From Prorocentrum cordatum (Eukaryota), in the NCBI GenBank assembly GCA_963575745.1, contig CAUYUJ010000114.1, positions 744,001-808,000 on the forward strand: DNA of 64,000 nucleotides, in the 5' to 3' direction. This document shows, in pieces, positions 38,223-59,810 of this stretch. The notes under the pieces were generated by a model, which made no database searches, was not told where the DNA came from, and saw only the letters and a program-made list of their open reading frames with translations. Position 1 is the first letter of the stretch; the number at the start of each line of letters is the position of its first letter. The position numbers and the translations under genes are program-made.

Positions 38223-40915
38223 GAATGAGGGAGGAGAGGGAGGATGAAGGTGAAGGACGCGGGGCGCTTCAAACTGAGAACCCCCTTACCCCCCCCTCCC
38301 TCCTTGCCCCTACGTTACCGACCGCCCGAGGGCAGGGCGTCGGGCAGGGTGTCGGGCAGGGCGTCGGGCAAGGCGTCGGGCAAGGCGTCGGGCTGGGCGG
38401 GCCCGACTCGAGCTCGAAGCAGGGCGTCGGGCGCAGCGTCGGGCACGGCGGGAGGCAGGCAGGAGGCAGGAGGCAGGAGGAGAAGGAGGAGGGGGGGAGG
38501 AGGAGGCTGAAGAGGATGAGGAGGAGCAGGAGGAGGAGGAGGAGCAGCAGGAGGAGAAGGAGGGGTAGGAGGAGGAAGAGGAGGAGCAGGAGGATGAGGA
38601 TAAGGAGGAGGAGGAAAAGGAGGAGGAAAAACAGGAGGAGGGGGGGGGATGGGGAGGGAGACTAGGAGGAGGAGGAGGAGGAGGAAGAAACGTAGGAGGA
38701 TCCAGGAGAATGAGGAGGAGGAGGAGCAGCAGGAGGAAGGAGGAGGAGGGTCATCATCTTAACTCCACCATTACCATCACCATCATCATCTTAACCCCCA
38801 GCATCACCATCTTCAACTACCACCACCACTACCAACACCACCACTACCACCAGCACCACTACCATCATCACCATCATCATCACAACTACCACCACTACCA
38901 CTATCACCATCACCATCACCATCACCATCGCCATCATCATCTGAATTCTACCTCACTCTCGTACACACCACCACCATCCTAACTCCCAGCACCATCAATG
39001 AACCGAACTCTCACCAGCATTACCAGTAACACTGGACATCATCATCACACCAACAACATCGTTAGTAGAACTCAACGCCATCACTGAACAGCGCCATCAA
39101 CATCTTGGAATTCAAAGAACCTCAAGAAACTCGTTGGAACTCACACAAATATCAGAAAACCTTTGGAAACCTTACTTAATCACATGACAACGTCACATGA
39201 AGTAGCGCAAGAGTGCGCAACATCCAGCACGGCAGGTGCGGCAGGTGCAGGCGCAGGGGCGGCCAGTACCAAAGCCCGCGGGATGCACGAAAATCCGGTG
39301 GGGGGGGGGTGCTCCGCAGGTGCGGGCCGGTACGAAAGCTCCCAGGATGCTCGCGGGGAGCGCGTTTTCCTTCACCTCCTCCTTCTCCTCGTCCTCCTTC
39401 TCCGGCTCGCAAGGGGCTTCCAAGAGGCTACCAGGAGGCCACCATCCATGAAAAACATTAAAGAAAACCGTACACAAGTTTGAAGATTCCGCTTTGCCGC
39501 TTCCGAGGGGCCTCTTATATGCCTCGGGATAGTCCAGAGATGGCCCCCGAGGCCCTAAGAGGCCCCCTAGAGGCCCCGGAGGGGTCCCACAGGACGCTCC
39601 GGAGACGCTTCCAGCAGGCTCCAGGAGCCCCAAAGAGGCCCTGAGAGGGTCCATGGTCGGAAATTGGAGCATATACATTACCAGTGGCGGGCGGTTTTTC
39701 AATCCCAGGACTTTTTTGAGGGTCGGGGACGACGTTGGGGTGGTATGGTGTAGACTTGTTGTCCCCGTTTTCCTTGGGAAACAACGAAGAATGTATACAC
39801 CAGGATCCCGTATACACGAGGATCCGCTTTCCTGTGCGAGATTCAGTGCGAGGCCAGACAAAGGCGTCGGTGTATAGAGTTCGGCTCCTTACATGGAGTT
39901 CCAGAGACGCTCCGAAGATGCCCCCAAGAAGCTCCAAGAGGCCCCGAGAGACCCCCAAGAGGCCCCCTCGAGGGCTCCACGAAACCTCCAAGACGCCTCG
40001 AATATGCTTTTGACTTTTAGCTAGGAAGACACATTCTTCACGAAGCTCTCGGGAGGAACATCGGAATCGTGCTCTCATTGCTCGTCGCCGTCGTCGTCAT
40101 CCAGATGTTCCCGGAGAGGCTTCCGGGAACATTTTCTCCCCCATCCTTCTTCCGTTCCCACCTCGCCAAAAACATTCCCAAGAGGCCTCCCGGGGGTCTT
40201 GCCGAGACCCCCAAGACGGTTCAAACGTGCCCGTCAAAGGCTCCCTAGAGACCGCCAAGAAGCCACTCGAACATCGACTCCCCCATCCCTCCTCTTCCGC
40301 CTTCAACTCCTCCACCTCCCCCTCCTCGTCTTATCCTCCTCTTCTTCCTGCTTTTCCTCCTTTTCCTCCTCCTTCCGCAGGGAAGGGGACCGCAAAGTCG
40401 CTCCAAAACAACCCAGGAACCACACCGAAGGCCCACACGACGGCCCAGGAGCCCCAAGACACCCCAGGAGCACCCAGAAAGGATCATGATGACTCCACGA
40501 AGGCAAGATGTTCCTGGAGGCCTCTCCGGGAACTTCTCGCGGACGACGATGACGAGAGTGGAGTTGATGACAATTGGTGTGATGAGGGTGGTGATGGGTG
40601 AGACGACGGTTGTGACGACCTGAACGGGCAGCGTGGTGTTCTCCATGATGGTGGTGATGACGATGATGGGAAAGCGAATGGATTTGAATAATCATTCGAG
40701 TGTGGACAATGATTGTGATAATGACGACGCGCGACGTTGACGTCGCCGCATCACTAATAGAAGTGAACCGATGGGGCCAGCCATGATGGCGGTGTTGATG
40801 ATGATGCTGCTGATAATGATGGCGACGACGACGAATATGATGATGATCATGATCATAATCATGAAGATGATGATAGTAATGATGATGATGATGATGATGA
40901 TGATGATGCTGCTGC

Positions 40916-40966
<51 letters not shown>

Positions 40967-41442
40967 GGTTTGAACGTTCTGATGGCAAGTTGGTGGTGGG
41001 GGAGACGACGGCTGTGGTGACGTAAACGGTTCGCGTAGTGTTTTCCACCGGAATGGCGGTGATGATGATGATGGGAAAGCGAATGGAGTTAAATACTCAT
41101 TCGAGTGCGGGCGATGATTGTGATGATGACGACGCGAGACTTTGACGTCGCCGCATCACCAAAAGTAGTGAACCGATGATGCCAGTCAGAATGGCAGCGA
41201 TGATGAGAATAATGATGGCCATGACGAAAATGAGTATTACCATCGGGATAATGCCAACTTATAGTTTGGATACGGAGGACGGGGGAGACGACCGTATTGA
41301 TGCTGAGGGGTGTACTGGAAGCGACACAACTCTTGCATCAACCACCCGACCTGTGCTATAACCTGAGCGCGCCCGATGATGAGGATGATGGATGAGACGA
41401 TCGATGCGACGACGTGCTCGCAAAGCGTAGCGGGTCCCATAG

Positions 41443-41498
<56 letters not shown>

Positions 41499-41503
41499 TT
41501 AAC

Positions 41504-41567
<64 letters not shown>

Positions 41568-42363
41568 CTGATGCTGATGCTGATGCTGATGATGATGATG
41601 ATGATGATGATGATGGCCCAGATGATGATGAGTTGCGGATGAGGACGGTGGGTCGATCTAAGACGATTTTGTTCATGTTGACGATGATTGCAAAGCTCGG
41701 GTTTGACGTGCAGCTTCACCAGCAACACCAGGCCAATGATGTCACCAATGAAGATGATGAAAACAATCATGAGACTTGGCATGACGGGTGCTCGTGATGA
41801 GAACCGATGAGGATGAGGAGGAACACGCTGGGAATGGGAATGACCTTGAGCATGAATGCGACCATGGCACGCGCTTGTGCATGACAGATCTGTCCAAGCT
41901 TTCCCGGTGCGCACCTAGACTGCGCAAGAGCTTGAGCGGGCGGGTAGCGCGCGCGATGTTTCTACACACACATATATATATATATATGTATACCTCTACA
42001 CCCCGCCATTGAGGATACGAGTGAAGGGGCGCCCTTTGGGGTCACGGGGTGGGTCGCGGGTGGGTCGCGGGTGGGTCGCGGGTGGGTCGCGGGTGGGCCG
42101 CGGGGTGGGTCGCGGGTGGGTCTCGGGGTGGATCGCGGGTGGGTCGCGGGCGGGTCTGGGTGGGGACGACGCATCAAAACAACAGCAAAACGACAACAAG
42201 AATCCTCGCTGTGGATCCCCACTTCAGCCACGCACCCAGGGACCGTGAATGACCCGTTCCAGCACCGACCCCAGCTCCGACGCCGACGGCGGGCACTCCG
42301 ACGCCGGACGACGGACGCTATTACGACAGCGTGGGTGGGAACAGGGACACGACCAGAGGAGCA

Positions 42364-42540
42364 CAGTCGAGGCTTTGACCCAAGGAACCCTGAATAAGGA
42401 ACGAGGCCCCTTCGATCCACAAGTTGAACTTCGATTTCCATCGAAAACCAAAGGAAAAAACCCAAGGCAAATTGTGAAGCAATCAAGGAACACGGAGCCC
42501 CTCCCCAACGAAAAGGGTTCCTGCTTCAGCGCTCCGACTG
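42364..42540 (-). mobile_element. MITE family B copy (inverted)
   Basis: Reverse complement of the gaaggaacccttttcgttggggagggg body. Confidence 0.85.
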
Positions 42541-42599
42541 TATGCCGTGACGTGCCCAAGCCCTTTTTTGCGAAGAACACACATCGGAGCACCATCTCA

Positions 42600-44290
42600 G
42601 GCGCCAGTTGCAGGACACCAGTGCCAACTCCGACCATGGTTCCGACCCCCCTTCCGACGTGTGTCCCAGCTCCTGCTCCAGCTCCGACGCCGTTGATGGA
42701 GCCCCGCATCTCTGTGCAGCACCGAGGGCACCAGCTGTATGGCGCCAGCGACCATCCCGTTTCCACTTCCTACTCCCCTGCCAACGCCTGCGCCGTCCTT
42801 GCAACTTGCATTGGGCTCGTTGGGGGAGGGGCGCAGCAGTGACAGCAATCGACGCTCGTGCCTCATGATCCATGACGTCGCTGTGGACGACTATTCTGGC
42901 TATGCCGGCCTATCTCCCCTGGACACTCTTGCTTCACTATGGCAGTTCCCAATGCAATGCCAACGCCAGCCCCAGCGTACGGACTTGCTCGGGCAAACAT
43001 ACCAGCTCCGAGGCTGGTGACGATTACTCCATTTTGGGTGTGCCGGACGATGCGTTGGACAGTCTTGCTTCGAGATGGTGTTGGTGACGACGATGATTTC
43101 GGAGTGCTGGTTTATCCGATGGACACTCTTGCTTCTTGACGGCACCTCCGTTTGTAATGCCAACATCAGCCGTAGTTCACATGCTTATTTTGACGGACAT
43201 GTCAGCTCCGAGGCTAGTGACGACAGCTCGATTTTGGGTGTAACGGCATATCCGCTAGTCATTCTTGTTTCACGACGGCGCTGATGACGACGATGCTTGT
43301 GGATGACGGCTACAGCACCGTTTCCGACTCTTGCGATGTAAGCTCTTATTGTGTCGCCATCTCCGATTTGCTCTGACTCCGACGCCTGCCCCTACGTCAA
43401 CCGGGTCTGGCCTCGGCCACAGCTCTGACGCCTGTATGCCGGCTCTTAGATCGTCTCCGACTCTTGCTCCGACTCGTCGACAGCAGTGGCTATGGCCCCA
43501 GCCCCAAATGTTGCCTGGGCGCTGGCTCCAGCTCCAAAGCGCCCTCATTCTACGACGCCGGCTCCTATTTCTGCTCCGACCTCATCCCCGACGCCGGTTC
43601 TGATTGCAGATCCGACATTCTACACAGCCACCACCATGTGTCCTCCAAACTCTGCATCTCTGCCCGACGGTATCGATTGCCACCACCTTGCCCCATACGA
43701 TTTGAGAGAAACTCCGCGCTTGTTTCCGTTCTGCTGGTATCGAGCGTTTCCATGTTGCCCACCACGATGGAGGTGAGCACCACGTAGGCACGAGTATTGC
43801 AGAGTTGAAGACTAACACGAAACGGGCGCCCCGACGGTTCACCCGCTACGACGGTTGGCGCAGCCGACCACAGAAACGAAGTCCAGCGTCCACCACATTG
43901 ACGCACAGCACCACGCCGCTCCCCATCACTACGACACGGTGCGCGGCCAGGCTGCTCGCGACGGAGTCGAGGACCATTACGGCTTTCAGCACCATTGCAC
44001 CCGCCACGGAGTCGTGCTCCAGGGCGGTTTCTATCCAGACGAGATCGAGTACGGAGTATTGCAGTAAGACGGAGGCCACATGAAGATCCCGCTCGCCACA
44101 CCGAAACCCAGCGCTACAAACTACCACGGTGCCCGCAGCGATGAGGCCAACCACTGCGTCGTCATATTGTACACACTCTGTGGACTGGTGGTGTCGTTCG
44201 GGCTGGTGGCACGGCCTCGTGTTCTGAGGACGGCCGCAGCTAATTGCACCAGGACCCATATGTCATCCTCCTCGCCTCCCGTCTTTTGAT
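42600..44290 (+). pseudogene. Frameshifted relic of a PT/Thr-rich surface (mucin-like) protein
   Basis: Fragments in different frames: PTP(A/L)PT runs, repeated DDYS.LG..P.DTLAS units, TTTLTHSTTPLPITTT and a hydrophobic VVILYTLCGLVVSFGLV segment. Confidence 0.35.
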
Positions 44291-45624
44291 CATGTGTTTA
44301 ACATGTATTTGATGTCTCGGTGCCCATCGCATACGAATGCCAGACCCCATTCGGCCGCCAGCGGCCAACCCTAGCCACCGTGTTGGGCTTGCTTCCCGCC
44401 GCCGTAAGTAGGTCCGTGCGTGGCGCGGCGCCGCCACGCAGTTATCTTGCCTACCAACTTTACTTGCCATGCGTGCATTGCATTGTGCTCTGGCTTTGCT
44501 CGTCTTCTCTCCGCTCCGCTTCCTCCCTTCTCTTTCCCCCCTGTTGTGTCGCTTGATTGGTTTGTTCCTTCTGGCAAGGGTCTATGGTGGTCGGTATACG
44601 CATCTGCGGGCTCCTCTTCACGCGCTTGTGTGGGACAATTGTGCGAGACGCCTCCAGCGAAGTCTGGAGTGGCGTTCGCATTCACGTGCTGCGCGCCGAT
44701 GGCTTGTTGTTTGTCGTCTCTCCTCCTCCTCCTCCTCCTTCTCATCCTTCTCCTTCTGTTGCTTCGTCCATATCGCTTACCGCACCGTTTCAAGACTCAA
44801 TTGAATACTCCGTGCACGGGCTTGTGCGAGTTGGTGGCCGCCTTTCGTTATTCCGTCTTACCATGCGGCGGCGCAGACTTGCTGTGGTGAGATGCAGCCA
44901 ATGACGTTGGAGTCGTTCGTCACTGTTGTTAGCGATGATGGTAGAGAAAATCATGATTCACGCCTGGCGTATCCCCACCAGCCCGTTCAGAAACCCTGCC
45001 CAATGAGAGTTGACGGGGAAGGGGACGAAGAGCGACGAAGGTCAAACAATACTCCGAAGATAGTCCCCCGACTATGTTTAGATTATTGTTTGATTATTTT
45101 TGGGGTATCTTTTTATTGTTCGTCGAAAATCCCCCTGTAGGGGGACGCGCCCGACTTAAGGCTATCCTGGGCCATCCTGGAGGCCAGCCTGGAGCACCGG
45201 AGGCCCTCTCGAGCCGTCCTGAACGCTCCGGCCCCCTCGGGCCCCCTCCCCCCCAAAAAAAATTCAGAGAGGGGAGGGGGATGGCACTCTTCCCCGAAGG
45301 GTCGCGCGTGCTGGAAGCGGAAAGGGAGACATCGTCAGACAGCACATGCCCCGAGGGCTGGTGACACTGCTCCCGGGGGAAGCCTCCGAAAGCATTCCTC
45401 ACTAACCCAAAACAGGCGCCCAATCCCAAAAACGCGAGGGCCAAGACAGAACGCAGGCTCCTCGAGACTTCGGAGAGGGAGACTTGGGGACAAGGACGAA
45501 CGCAAAACATACCCCGAAATCTGTGGCCGATCTTCGAATCCTCGGTGAATCCGCGATTTTGGAGTCGGGGATGTGTTTTTTCTTGGTCAATTTCCCCTCG
45601 CCACCCTCCTCGCCCTCCTTCTCG

Positions 45625-45662
45625 CCGCAGCCGGTTTGGCCGAGGTGGGATCTGGTCTCGAG
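45625..45662 (+). promoter_or_regulatory. Probable relic dinoflagellate spliced leader / trans-splice acceptor upstream of NDH-2
   Basis: ccgcAGccggtttggc-cgag aligns at about 16/21 positions to DinoSL CCGTAGCCATTTTGGCTCAAG, follows a pyrimidine tract, and is followed by a second weaker relic (atctggtctcgag). Confidence 0.55.
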
Positions 45663-45699
45663 CCTGCCCCCGCGCGAGCGCACGGCGGGCCTCAGGGAT

Positions 45700-45863
45700 T
45701 CAGGAGGGGAAAAAAAACACACACAGACACAATGAATCCTCGATTCCCCAGAAAAGATGGGAAAATATGGGAAGTGGGGGGGAAGACAGAGACCCAGAGA
45801 ATATGGAAGAATATGGGGAATCCGATTATTTTTGTGTATTGATTTGTGTGTCCTTGGGCCCCT
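45700..45863 (+). mobile_element. Element family C with a perfect 8-bp TSD abutting the NDH-2 start codon; likely 5'-UTR intron
   Basis: tcagggat at 45692-45699 and 45864-45871; related copies at 46626-46785 and about 63138-63296. Confidence 0.8.
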
Positions 45864-45869
45864 TCAGGG

Positions 45870-53850
<7,981 letters not shown>

Positions 53851-54767
53851 CGCGTGGGCTCACCTCGCCTTGCCGGGCCCCTGCGGGGAGGCCACCACTT
53901 TTCCCTGACCAGTCTGAAGCAGATCCCTGTCCCTCCTCTGATCTCGGTGCCGACCTTCCGGATGCCCTCCGCCTCTGAAGGCACATCCTTAAGATTGTCA
54001 TCGCCTTGGGCGTGCTGATCTCAGGGATAGGGATTAGCTCGAGGCTGGGTAATTCCCGCTCCCCGCGACTCCCGCCGCGGGGCGCCTGCTCATCGGAGTT
54101 CGGGGGTGTCCAAGACGGGGGTGATGGCTGCAGCGGCGGGCACGTCATGTGAGAAGCTGGCCTGCCAGCAGGTGCCCCACGAAAGGGAGGAGCAAAGAGA
54201 ACGCATACACATTATTCGTCGGAGGTCCGCGCGGATTTCTTGGATCGGCGCTGGCCCCTGCATCTCTGGCGCCGCCCCTGGCGCGCTCCGCGCGCCAGGC
54301 AGGGGGGTCCAGCGCCGATCCAAGAAATCATTCTGAATCACTGGAAGTCCATGCTTATGCAATTTTTCTTTTTTCGAGTTGATTCCCCGATGAGCCTGGG
54401 GGCCCACAGAAGCCCCTGGGGCACCTTGGGGGGACCTGAAAGATCAATGATGCATGCGCCCTGATACAACTTGTAGCTGGATCTCTTATCGCATGTATCT
54501 ACTGGTGGGGTGAATATCGTGGCCAGGGCCATGATATCTCCCGCGGGCCATGATCTGCTAACCCTCGTCTCGAACGCCTGCTCTTGGACGCCCCCGAGCT
54601 TGCTTCGGAGGCGTTGGCCTCACCGAGCTCCTGCGCGCAGGCCACTTGCGCAACCGAGCAATTCTGCCTGCGCCTGGCGCACCTGTCCGCCCTTGGGGCA
54701 TCGGGACGGCCAGTCCCTGACAAGTTGTTGCCCGTTCCGATGGACCTCAGGACGCGTATGAGCCCGG

Positions 54768-57622
54768 CGTGCGTGCGTGCGTGCGTGCGCGCGTGTGTGT
54801 GTGTGTGTGTGTATGTGTGTGTATGTGTGTGTGTGCGTGTTGGTGTGTTGGTGTGTTGTTGTGTCGGTGTGTGGTGTGTTGATGTGTCGGTGTGTGGTGT
54901 GTCATGTGTGGTGTGTGGTGTGGTGTGTGCTGTGTGCGTGTTGGTGTGTTGGTGTGTAGGTGTGTTGGTGTGTGGTGTGTGGTGTGTGGTGTGTGGTGTG
55001 TGGTGTGTGGTGGTGGCATGTGGTGTGTTGTGTGTGGTGTGTTGCCTGGTGTGTGTTGTGTGTTTTGTGTTGTGTGGTGTGTGGTGTGTGGTGTGTGATG
55101 TGTGGTGTGTGTGTGTGTTGTGTGTTGGTGTGTTGGTGTTGTGTGTGTGCGTGTTGGTGTGTTGGTGTGTTGTTGTGTTGGTGTGTTTGTGTGTTGGTGT
55201 GTCGGTGTGTGGTGTGTGATGTGTGATGTGTGGTGTGTGGTGTGTGTGGTGTGTAGGTGTGTAGGTGTGTTGGTGTGTGGTGTGTGGTGTGTGGTGTGTG
55301 GTGTGTGGTGTGTGGTGTGTGGTGAGTGGTGTGTGGTGTGTGGTGTGTGGTGTGTGGTGTGTGGGATGTGGGGTGTGGCGTGTGGCGTGTGGGATGTGTG
55401 GTGTGTGGTGTGTTGCCTGGTGTGTGGTGTGTGTTGCCTGTTGTGTGTTGTGTGTCGTGTGGTGTGTGGTATGTGGTGTGTGGTGTGTGGTGTGTGTTGT
55501 GTGTTGGTGTGTTGGTGTGTTGGTGGGTTGGTGTGTTGGTGTGTTGGTGTGTTGGTGTGTGGTGTGTGGTGTGTGGTGTGTGGTGGTTGGTATGGTTGGT
55601 GTGTGTGTGTGGGTGTGTGTTGTGTGGGTGTGTTGGTGTGTTGGTGTGTTGGTGTGTTGGTGTTTTGAAGTGTGGGTGTGTGGGTGTGTGGGTGTGTCGG
55701 TGTGTTGGTGTGTTGGTGTGTGGTGTGTGGTGTGTGGTGTCTGGTGTGTGGTGTGTGGTGTGTAGTGTGTAGTGTGCGGCGTGTGGTGTGCGGCGTGTGG
55801 TGTCTGGTGTGTGCTGTGTGCTGTGTGCTGTGTGCTATGTGCTGTGTGCTGTGTGCTGTGTGCTGTGTGCTGTGCGGTGTGTGGTGTGTGGTGTGTGGTG
55901 TGTGATGTGTGGCGTGTGGCGTGTGGTATGTGGTGTGTGGTGTGTGGTGTGTGGGTGTGTGTGGGTGTGTGGCGTGTGGTGTGTGGTGTGTGGTGTGCTA
56001 TGTTGGTGTGTGTTTTGTGCGTTGGGTTGTGTGCTGTGTGCTGTGTGTTGTGTGTTGTGTGTTGTGTGATGTGTGATGTGTTGTGTTGTGTTGTGTGTTG
56101 TGTGTTGTGTGTTGTGCGTGTTGTGTGTGTTGTTATTGTTGTGTGTGTGTTGTGTGTTGAGTGGGTGTTGTGTGTTCTGTGTTGTGTGTTGTGTGTTGTG
56201 TGTTGTGTTGTGTGTTGTGTTGTGCTTTGCTGTGTTGTGTTGTGATGTAATGGGCTCCGTTGGGCTGTGTTATGCTATGTTATACTGTGGTGTGCTGTGG
56301 TTTGCTGTGGTGTGCGTGCGTGCGTGTGTGCGTGTGTGCGTGTGTGTGTGTGTGTGTGTTGGTGTGTTGGTGTGTTGGTGTGTTGGTGTGTCGGTGTGTG
56401 GTGTGTGGTGTGTGGTGTGTGGTGTGTGGTGTGTGGTGTGTGGTGTGTGGTGTGTGTGGTGTGTGGTGTGTGGTGTGTGGTGTGTGGTGTGTGGTGTGTG
56501 GTGTGTGGTGTGCGGTGTGTGGTGTGTGGTGTGTGGTGTGTGGTGTGTGGTGTGTGGTGTGTGGTGTGTGGTGTGTGGTGTGTGGTGTGTGGTGTGTGGT
56601 GTGTGGTGTGTGGTGTGTGGTGTGTGGTGTGGGTTGTGTGTTGTGTGTTGGTGTGGTGTGTTGTGTGTTGCGTGTTGCGTGTTGCGTGCTGTGTGTTGTG
56701 TGTTGTGTGTTGTGTGTCGGTGTGTTGGTGTGTTGGTGTGTTGTGTGTTGGTGTGTTGGTGTGTGGTGTGTGGTGTGTGGTGTGTGGTGTTTGGTGTGTG
56801 TGTGTGTGTTGGTGTGTGGTGTGTGGTGCGTAGGTGTATTGGTGTGTTGGTGTGTTGGTGTGTGGGTGTGTGGCTGTCTGGCTGTGTGGCTGTGTGGCTG
56901 TGTTGGTGTGTTGGTGTGTTGGTGTGTTGGTGTGCGGTGTGTGGTATGTGGTGTGTGGTGTGTGGTGTGTGGGTGTGGTGTGTGGTGTGTGGTGTGCGGT
57001 GTGCGGTGTCTGGTGTCTGGTGTGTGGTGTGTGGTGTGTGGTGTGTGGTGTGTGGTGTGTGGTGTGTGGTGTGTGTTGTGTGGTGTGTGGCGTGTGGTGT
57101 ATGGTGTGTGGTGCGTTGTGTGTGGATGGGTTGTGTGTGGTGTGTGGTGTGTGGTGTGTGGTGTGTGGTGTGTTGTGTGTTGTGTGTTGTGTGCTGTGTG
57201 TTGTGTGTGTTGTGTGGTGTGTGTGGTTTGTGTTGTGTGTGTTTTGTGGTGTGTGGTGTGTGGTTTGTGTTGTGTTGTGTTCTGTGTTGTGTGTCGTGCG
57301 TGTTGTGTGGTGTGTGTGGTATGTGTGTGTCGTTGAGTGTTCGTTGCGTGCCGTCTGTGTTGTGTGTTGTGTGTTGTGATGTGTGTTGTGCTGTGTTGTG
57401 CTGTGTTGTGCTGTGGTGTGCTATGATGTTGTGCTGTGGTGTGCTCTGTTGTGCTGTGTTATGCTGTGTTGTGCTGTGTTGCGCTGTGGTGGTGTGTGTG
57501 TGTTGTGGGTGTGTGGGTGTGTGGGTGTGTGGGTGTGTGGGTGTGGGTGGGTGTGTGGGTGTGTGTGGGCGTGTGGGTGTGTGGGTGTGTGGGTGTGTGG
57601 GTGTGTGGGTGTGTGGGTGTGG
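54768..57622. repeat. ~2.85-kb (TG)n/(TGTGG)n strand-asymmetric simple repeat
   Basis: Almost entirely T and G on the + strand. Confidence 0.97.
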
Positions 57623-58023
57623 GGGGGGGTTGGAGGAGGAGAAGGAGGGGGGGAGTGGAGGGGCGTGGTGGAGGAAGGGGGGGGGGGATGGGCAAGCTCC
57701 GTCGGAAGGTTAGTCGTCCACTCCTCGATTGATATCCCACCCAGAGTATGCTTATGCCACATGGTGCTGTTGTCCTACTCCAGGAGACAGGCCCACGTTG
57801 ACGCCAGACCCACGCGTCCTGAGTGCATCTTGGGCCGTGCGCCTCACCCCGTCGGTCCTTGTTCGGCGGCGAGCGAGGGGGGGAAGTGAGAAAGAGAAGG
57901 CCTTCTCAGAAGGTGACGGGGCTTCTCGGAAGGCCCCCGGCCTTCGGAGAGGTGTTCTTTGTCTTCGGGGAAGGTTCAGACAACTGGTCAAAAGACCGGG
58001 GAACATCCGAGCCTTGTGAGATA

Positions 58024-58199
58024 CAGTCGGGGCGCTGAAGAAGGAACCCTTCTCGTTGGGGAGGGGCTCGGTGTTCCTTGATTGTTTCACAGCTTGCCTC
58101 AGGTTTTCCTTGTGTTTCCCATGGGAAATCGAAGTTTAACTTATGAAAAAAAGGGGCCTCGTTCCTTGTTTAGGGTTCCTTAGGTCAACGCCCCGACTG
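58024..58199 (+). mobile_element. MITE family B copy
   Basis: TA-flanked, same body. Confidence 0.88.
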
Positions 58200-58829
58200 T
58201 AGCCCGCCCCTTCTAACTTCCCCCCCCTCTCTCGCCGCCGACTCGCTGAGAGGCCCCGAGATCGCGTGAGACTCCCAAGGGGCTGCGTTCTCGCCCCTCG
58301 GCCTGCGCGCGCAGCTCGGGCAGTGCCAAGGTCGGGGCCCCCCAGACGGTGCGGTGGCCACCGCGTGCGGTCCTGTGTCTCTGGCGACGTGTTCCCCACA
58401 TCCTAAGCGGGTTTCTCGTTTTCTCTGGACGCCCTGAGCAGTCCTCCCACCCACCCCCCACATCATCATCACATATCACACTCATCATGATTACCATCAC
58501 CATAGTCACCATCACAATCATCGCACCACCATCGTCATCACCATCAGCAGCATCATCATCATGATTTCCGGTAGCAGCATCATCATTGTTACCATCCCAT
58601 CATAATCGTGATTATCATCATTATCCTCATCATGATCATCATCATCAGCATCATCAGCATCATCAGAAACCATATCAGTATCATCATCAGCATCATCATC
58701 ACCATCATGCTCATCAGCATCAGCATTATCGACCATCCTTCGTCATCATCACCAGCATCATGAGCACTGCGCACATTCCTCCACTCACTCTCTCACACAC
58801 ACACACACACACACTCATTGTGAGGAAGT

Positions 58830-59810
58830 TTTGAGCGGGGACCTCGTCTGTGAGCGAATTGCGAGGAAAGTCTCAGGCGCGAGCCCCCTCCTTAAGAGGC
58901 CCGCAGTTCATGTCAGTAATCCGAGTGGATCATCGAAACACTGTTGTAATTGTCGTCACGTTTGGGCTCCTGAGGTCTGAACATGGTGGAGGTCTCGAGC
59001 GGGAGCTTCGTTCGTGAGTGGATTGCGAGGAGGTCTCAGGCGGGAGCCCCCTCCATATGATGCCCGCAGCTCATGTTAGTACCCCGAGCGAGTCATCAAA
59101 AAACCTTTTTTGCAACCGCCTTCAATTGTTGGTTCCTCAGGTTTGAATATGAAGGATGTCTCGAGCGGGAGCCTCGTCTGTGAGTGATATGTGAGGAAGT
59201 CTCAGGCGGGAGACCCCTCCCTATGGGGACCGCAGCTCATGTGAGTAATCCGAGCGGGTCATGCAACAAAAATTGTACATGTTAGTTATTGGGGTTTCCT
59301 CAGGCCTGTATATGGAGGAACTCTGAGCGGAACCCCGCCTGTGAGTGAATGGCGAGGAAGTTTCAGGCGAGAGCCCCCAGCTCATGTTCGTCTCCGAGCG
59401 GGTCATGTTAGTCTCCGAGCGGCTCATCAGGCAATGTGTATAATTGTCGTCACGTGTGGGTTCCTCAGGCCTGAATGTGGAGGAAGTCTCGAGCGGGGGC
59501 TTCGTTTGTGAGTGAATTGCGAGGAAGTCTCAGGCGGGAGCCCCCTCCCATGGTTCCCGCAGTTCATGTTAGTAATCCGAGCGGTTCGGCAAAAACGATC
59601 AAACTCTCATGCTTGAATATGGGGGGGTATCAAGCGGGAGCCTCGTCCGTGATTCAATTGTGGGGATGTTTCAGGCGGGAGCCCCTTTTCCATGGGGCCC
59701 GCAGCACACGTTAGCAACCCGAGCGGGTCATCAAATTCCAGTAAGTGTCGTTGTTTAGATGTTCCTGAGGCTTGGTGTTCAGAGGGAGCCTCGTCCGAGA
59801 GTGGATCGCG
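58830..59810. repeat. ~165-bp diverged satellite
   Basis: Recurring gaggaagtctcaggcgggagcccc...catgttagtaatccgagcg. Confidence 0.85.

Noticed and set aside
37526..38665. Poly-Asp / poly-Met / poly-Ile ORFs
   Set aside because: (GAT)n microsatellite artefacts; the same applies at 40692-41914.
54584..57889. Many Cys/Val/Trp-rich ORFs; possible telomeric array
   Set aside because: They are translations of a TG-only simple repeat that lacks stops; the unit is not TTTAGGG.
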